Shown here: positions 59,934 through 64,000 of the stretch, piece after piece
Layout: the number at the start of each line of letters is the position of its first letter
Position numbering within the stretch: the stretch's first letter is position 1
NCBI GenBank assembly: GCA_963666055.2
Contig: CAXWPH010000012.1
Coordinates: forward strand, 128,001 to 192,000
Length of the DNA stretch: 64,000 bases
Source: Acidobacteriota bacterium
GTDB taxonomy: Bacteria; Acidobacteriota; UBA890; WLXD01
Direction: 5' to 3'
Program-made: the position numbers and the translations under genes
Notes under the pieces: generated by a model
Told to the model about the DNA's origin: nothing
Database searches by the model: none
Seen by the model: only the letters and a program-made list of their open reading frames with translations

Positions 59934-60251
59934 GTTGGCCTACCTCAGGTTCGCCGCGATCAAGATTATGCCCAGCCAGATCACCGCGAGGATGGAGGAG
60001 ACTAGCACTGCATGGTTGCAGCGTCCCGTCTCCGGTCAGCCCCAGGCAGCTTGAATCATGAACCCGGATTCCACCTTAGCTGTGACCAAAACCTGTCCAA
60101 TGGATGGGGTCCACCTCTAACGCTTCGTCGCTCGGCGCCTCTTTAAGCTCCTGGAGTCGACGGCGATGACCGCTTGACAGTCATAGAAGCATCAATTCAA
60201 CCAATCTGGCCGCGCAGTGGAATTCCCTGAATCCACCTAAGCCTTTTGTTA

Positions 60252-61376
60252 TCAACAGTGCCGGGGCTGGGACTCGAACCCAGATGACCTAAGGCCAGCG
60301 GATTTTAAGTCCGCCGCGTCTGCCAATTCCGCCACCCCGGCAATACCTACAACCCGCGTCTTATCAATGCTTTGAGAACTATTGGAGAACTTGTCTACGC
60401 CCGTTTTATCTGCTTGGGTAGCGCTCTGGGTAGCACTATCTAAGCGGTCAGCCGCGAGAGCGGTTTGCTCTTCTCCCAAATGCACATAGCGCTTGGTCAT
60501 CCATCCCGTCCGCTGCCGGAGGAAGTTCTGGATCTCGGCCTCGGTTGCGCCCGCCGCACCGAGCCGCGTGGCGAATCCGTGGCGCAGGTCGTGCAGCCTC
60601 AGGCCTGAAAGGCCAGCCCGTTTGAGCGCGCGGCGAAAAGCTCGGTACAACCTGTCGTAATCGATGGGACCGCTGCCATCCGCATTCGGGAACAACCACT
60701 CGGAGGTCTTAGGCAGCGACTCGAAGTGCTCACGCAGGGTTGATCGCAGCCGCTTTGTCATCGCGAGTCCCCCCTCTTTACCGCGCTTCGCAGCCGGAGT
60801 CGTGATCAACCCTTTGCCGTTGCGCCAGTCGAAGTTTAGGTGCTCTCTGCGCGTCCTCAGCACCTCGGAGCCGATTCGCATGCCGGAGTCGTAACAGACC
60901 GTCAGGATCACTGCGAGAAACGGCAAGAGGTCATCCCGAGAATGAGCCAGGATCAGGTCGAACTCCGCCTCTGTTGGGACGGACCAGGCGCTGGTGTTCT
61001 CGGGGTACCGCCTGATTCGGCGGACTGGGTTGATCTTGATCCGATCATCTTCTTCGAGGCACGACATGAAATCCGAAAGGGTCGCCAGGTATCGATTCAC
61101 GGTGGGGCCACCTCGCTTGCGCTCGGAGGCACCGCCCTTCCCCGCGATTAGGTCCTTCTTACGTTGTCGGACCGTGAACTTGGTGATGCGGTCGACGCGA
61201 AGGCCGGGGAGCAGGTTCCCAATAACCGTGAGGTGATTCCGTTTGTCGCCCAGCGTGCTCTTGGCGTTGGGTACCTCCTTCTCGCGGAAACACGGCGAGC
61301 GAACCCGAAGCCCCCCGTATTGCTTCTCCGCAACCCACGGACTTCCCGGGCGATCTGTCCGACGAAAGACGCCCAT
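60252..61376 (-). CDS. int: Tyrosine recombinase/integrase
   Basis: TVNRYLATLS, SGMR..E, K, LHDLRHGFAT, MT.RY.H; the reading frame continues through the tRNA. Confidence 0.93.
   Translation of the reverse strand: MGVFRRTDRPGSPWVAEKQYGGLRVRSPCFREKEVPNAKSTLGDKRNHLTVIGNLLPGLRVDRITKFTVRQRKKDLIAGKGGASERKRGGPTVNRYLATLSDFMSCLEEDDRIKINPVRRIRRYPENTSAWSVPTEAEFDLILAHSRDDLLPFLAVILTVCYDSGMRIGSEVLRTRREHLNFDWRNGKGLITTPAAKRGKEGGLAMTKRLRSTLREHFESLPKTSEWLFPNADGSGPIDYDRLYRAFRRALKRAGLSGLRLHDLRHGFATRLGAAGATEAEIQNFLRQRTGWMTKRYVHLGEEQTALAADRLDSATQSATQADKTGVDKFSNSSQSIDKTRVVGIAGVAELADAADLKSAGLRSSGFESQPRHC
60259..60341 (-). tRNA. tRNA-Leu (anticodon TAA), CCA not encoded
   Basis: GCCGGGG acceptor stem, GGAATTGGCAGAC D-arm, GCGGA-CTTAAAA-TCCGC anticodon arm, long variable arm, CTGGG-TTCGAGT-CCCAG T-arm. 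Confidence 0.96.
60362..60434. promoter_or_regulatory. att-arm-like signals inside int
   Basis: IHF consensus TATCAATGCTTTG (60362-60374); direct repeats GAGAACT x2 (60374, 60385) and TGGGTAGC x2 (60415, 60427). Confidence 0.6.
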
Positions 61377-61579
61377 CAGCTTTGCTCGCAGATTGAGCGT
61401 TCCACCTCGCTCAATCGAAAGCGCCGTGTACGTGGGCCGAGTGCATGGCTCGGGATCTTACCCTTGATCGCCCAGCGGTAGACAGTGGCCGGGTTAACGC
61501 CGAGGAACCTTGCGATGACCGTCACTTTCACAAACGGTTCCCGCTCGGTGTTGATGCGTAGGCGCTCCGCCTCGCTCAC
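61376..61579 (-). CDS. Excisionase/AlpA-like HTH protein
   Basis: IA.FLGV...TVYRW...GKIP....G...RF..SEV; TGATG overlap with int. Confidence 0.88.
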   Translation of the reverse strand: MSEAERLRINTEREPFVKVTVIARFLGVNPATVYRWAIKGKIPSHALGPRTRRFRLSEVERSICEQS

Positions 61580-61772
61580 TCAGCCACCTCTGCCCGAGCG
61601 CTGGCAGCACGTAGGCTCCCGGTGGTCTCCTGGTTAGGGTGAGCGAGGGCCAGGTCAAGCTCGTGTACGTTGCTCCAAACACGCTTGTGTGGGCTGGTCG
61701 AACTGAGACCGGTGCACGACCAGAGTGGCCAACGGCTCGTAGGCTGCTCTCGAATCCAAGGGCCCGAAAGAT

Positions 61773-61879
61773 GCCGCCCGTGTCGCCCGTATCGCCCAGA
61801 CTCGTGCTGCGCGGGATGACAACGAGCCACGAAGCCCTCCCCAGAAGCGCGTTTGGGCGGCATGGGCGTTATGGGCGTG
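61773..61879. repeat. Inverted 3+3 array of 9-bp-period CGCCC repeats
   Basis: CGCCC at 61775, 61784, 61793; GGGCG at 61855, 61864, 61873. Confidence 0.7.
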
Positions 61880-62229
61880 GAGTTACCTCACTTTGGTGGA
61901 CACCTGAACGCTTGGAGTTTGGGTACTCGTAGTAGCAGTGAAGTGGGAACTCGTGGGAGCCGCATAGCGCTCGGTCGACCGTCGCCTCCGGATTCGTGAT
62001 CTCCGGCGTGCCGAGCATCGCTATCCTCGTGCCGAGTCGATCCTGCTCGGCCATCAGCCGCGCGTGCTGCGCGTCTTTCGCTCGCCAGAGGGTGTTCCTA
62101 CGCTGGGCGCTGATCACCGCCACCCCAGCGAGGCAATCGTGCTACGGGGACGTCGGGCGGGTCGCTGGGGGCAACGCTGGTTGCCGTCGACCGGTCGGCC
62201 TGTCTCCGCGGCCCGCCGGAGCAGAGCCC

Positions 62230-63018
62230 ATGCTTTCACGATCGATCCGAGTCGCCCTGGCGCTCGTGTTCGTCTTCTCGGCTGCTGCGGCGTTCGCACA
62301 GCAGGGCGGGCGCGGCGCCGCCAACCTCCCGAACCCCATGACCGCCTTCGTCGACTTCACCGTCGATCAGCTCATTGTCCGCGGCGGCAGGCTGTGCCCG
62401 ACTCCGAACAAGGTGAAGGCGGTGTTCCTCGGCGGTGACCCGCTGACGGTCATCTCTAGCCGCGAACGGCTGATGATTCTCGCCTTCGACCGCAGGCTCA
62501 TCGAGTTCGGCGTCTCGCACCTGCTGTCGATCCGCTGCGATGGCGGCCAGGAAGAGCAGTTCGAGGTCTATATCGAGCGGGCCGGGAAGCAGGGGCCGAC
62601 GGGTGACACCGGTGCAACGGGGCCGGCAGGTCCACAGGGTGTGCCGGGCGGACCCGGTCCCGCCGGGCCTCCGGGTCCGGCAGGTCTACAGGGTGTGCCG
62701 GGCGGACCCGGTCCCGGAGGCAGCCTGACCCTCGAGACCGCCCAGGTAACCACGAACATCGCCGGTTTGAACGGTACGACTGCCACGGGCGGCACGGTCG
62801 GCGCCAGCAGCACCAACACCCTGTTGTGTCCCACACCGACTCGTCGGGTGATCGGGGGCGGTGTGCTGATCGATAACGCGGCCATCGGACAAAACGTCGA
62901 CTTGCAGGCAAGCTACCCGAGCGCCGCCAACGCCTGGACCGGGACGGTGACAAACAAGGCCACTGCCAACGTCGAAGGAGGTAGCTATACCGTTTACATC
63001 ATCTGCGCGGACGCCTAG
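62230..63018 (+). CDS. Exported collagen-like (Gly-X-Y) protein
   Basis: Signal peptide (AFA/QQ), about 15 Gly-X-Y triplets, C-terminal CP......GGG...SYP....W.........ICA domain. Confidence 0.85.
   Translation: MLSRSIRVALALVFVFSAAAAFAQQGGRGAANLPNPMTAFVDFTVDQLIVRGGRLCPTPNKVKAVFLGGDPLTVISSRERLMILAFDRRLIEFGVSHLLSIRCDGGQEEQFEVYIERAGKQGPTGDTGATGPAGPQGVPGGPGPAGPPGPAGLQGVPGGPGPGGSLTLETAQVTTNIAGLNGTTATGGTVGASSTNTLLCPTPTRRVIGGGVLIDNAAIGQNVDLQASYPSAANAWTGTVTNKATANVEGGSYTVYIICADA
62623..62716 (+). repeat. ~40-bp near-identical duplication (54-bp period) in the collagen segment
   Basis: CCGGCAGGTC(C/T)ACAGGGTGTGCCGGGCGGACCCGGTCCCG twice. Confidence 0.85.
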
Positions 63019-63533
63019 GCTCGGCGGCCTCCTTCATGGCTTCTCTACAAACCAGTGTGACAGGGGGCTTGCCCGGCGGCGGCTAACCATGCCGACGTTC
63101 CGCAGTTGCGCCGCGGCGCCCCTCACCCGACCCTCGCGAGGTTGCGCTACATACTCGGCGTGGTGTTCAACATCCTTGCATTGGGGCTACTCCTCCCCTA
63201 TCCGGCACCAGACTTGTCCTCAAGCTGCACCCGAGTCCCGAGCCCGGCAGCGGTCCGCTCTCGGGCAGATCGTGTACCAAAGGTAAACGACAGAAGCGCC
63301 GTGGCGCCGCTCAGCTGATCCGCGAACTGACGCCTTGTAACCCAGCGGAGCGCAGCCGGCTTTAACAACGTCGCGTCGGGGGCGAGCTCCAATAACCTCT
63401 TGTCAGCACCGATCCTATGAGTTACGAAAGTACCCAAACCCTTGGGCAAGGCTAACCTGGGCTGCCTTTCGAGTCAGACCAACCAAGGAGGCCTGCCGAA
63501 ATCCCACTTCGAACGCTAGTAGGGGAAGCTGCC

Positions 63534-63740
63534 GTGAAAGTAGATCGGTACACCAAGATCGTACTAACCATCATCGCCGCCGGCCTGTGGACGTTGATCC
63601 TCATGGCCGCCCTGTTTCCTCAGCCTGCCGTCGCCGGCATCGGTCTTGCGGGTGGCGGAGAAGAACAGCTCAGCATCACGGGCCTCGGCGGTTCTGAAAA
63701 CCCACTCCACATCGACCTCACCTGCCACGGCTGCCGATAG
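63534..63740 (+). CDS. Small membrane-anchored or exported protein
   Basis: RBS; MKVDRYTKIVLTIIA..L N-terminus; C-terminal CxxC. Confidence 0.65.
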   Translation: MKVDRYTKIVLTIIAAGLWTLILMAALFPQPAVAGIGLAGGGEEQLSITGLGGSENPLHIDLTCHGCR

Positions 63741-63836
63741 GCCAACATCCGTGTAGAGCTTCCAGAGAGGGCTTCCTGCCTACTACGACAATGGCTAATA
63801 CCGAAGCCGAACCCTTTCGGAACAAGGAGGATTGAC

Positions 63837-64000
63837 ATGAGATCGTCTCTGCGTACCGTCGCAGTGTTGACCCTGATCGCGATTATTGCGGGCTGCTCGC
63901 CTGCCGCCGAGGAGGCAGCCTCGCCCGAAGCCGAGGTCGGCACCGCCACCACGCCAGAGACATCGCTGTACGAGCGGTGATGTCGCGTCGGACACGCGGC
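63837..64000 (+). CDS. Lipoprotein, 5' part only (runs off the window)
   Basis: AAGGAGG RBS; MRSSLRTVAVLTLIAIIAG-C lipobox. Confidence 0.75.

Larger units (their letters stand above)
60259..64000. mobile_element. Integrative element or satellite-like island at tRNA-Leu; right end lies beyond the window
   Basis: tRNA, int, xis, iteron-like repeats, fragmentary ORFs and cargo genes. Confidence 0.8.

Noticed and set aside
61576-62229. Intact genes between xis and the collagen gene
   Set aside because: Short ORFs with no recognisable domain; probably fragments.
63076-63420. Integron attC-like fragments (GGCTAAC..., GGCGCCGCTCAGCTGATCCGC)
   Set aside because: No matched RYYYAAC/GTTRRRY pair closing a hairpin, and the integrase lacks the IntI-specific insertion. 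At most degenerate remnants.
1-64000. Many long overlapping or antisense ORFs in the track (e.g. 3129-4136, 14256-15383, 25704-26735, 45713-46685)
   Set aside because: Shadow frames of well-supported genes in high-GC DNA; Arg/Ala/Pro-rich with no motifs.

Overview
GC-rich bacterial chromosomal window. The gene repertoire loosely suggests an Acidobacteriota-like organism, which is inference only. From 1 to about 47 kb it is mostly housekeeping: tRNA modification (ThiI/MnmA-like plus TusA, miaB, tsaC, trmI, queG), parA-parB, rarA, a proteostasis operon (lexA-like, clpB, dnaJ-class, lon), nth, moeA, glnA, thiolase/crotonases, dgt, alsT, trpS, an Aas-like protein, a TolC-family protein and fhs. 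From about 44.8 to 60 kb is a partly decayed accessory tract ending in a cluster of exported amidohydrolases. From 60.25 kb to the end is an integrative element at tRNA-Leu(UAA). Most notable observations: (1) a LexA homologue lacking the catalytic Lys and the Ala-Gly cleavage site, translationally coupled to clpB-dnaJ-lon and preceded by a clear promoter/operator, a candidate new heat-shock repressor; (2) a tyrosine integrase whose reading frame runs through att-like arm and IHF sites and the whole tRNA-Leu gene; (3) a ParAB pair with a divergent recognition helix next to a parS-shaped palindrome of different sequence, a wHTH gene and a DnaA-box/AT-rich region; (4) two unannotated promoter-to-terminator structured RNAs flanking trpS; (5) an iteron-like 3+3 inverted repeat array in the element. 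All calls come from motif recognition by eye; no searches were run.
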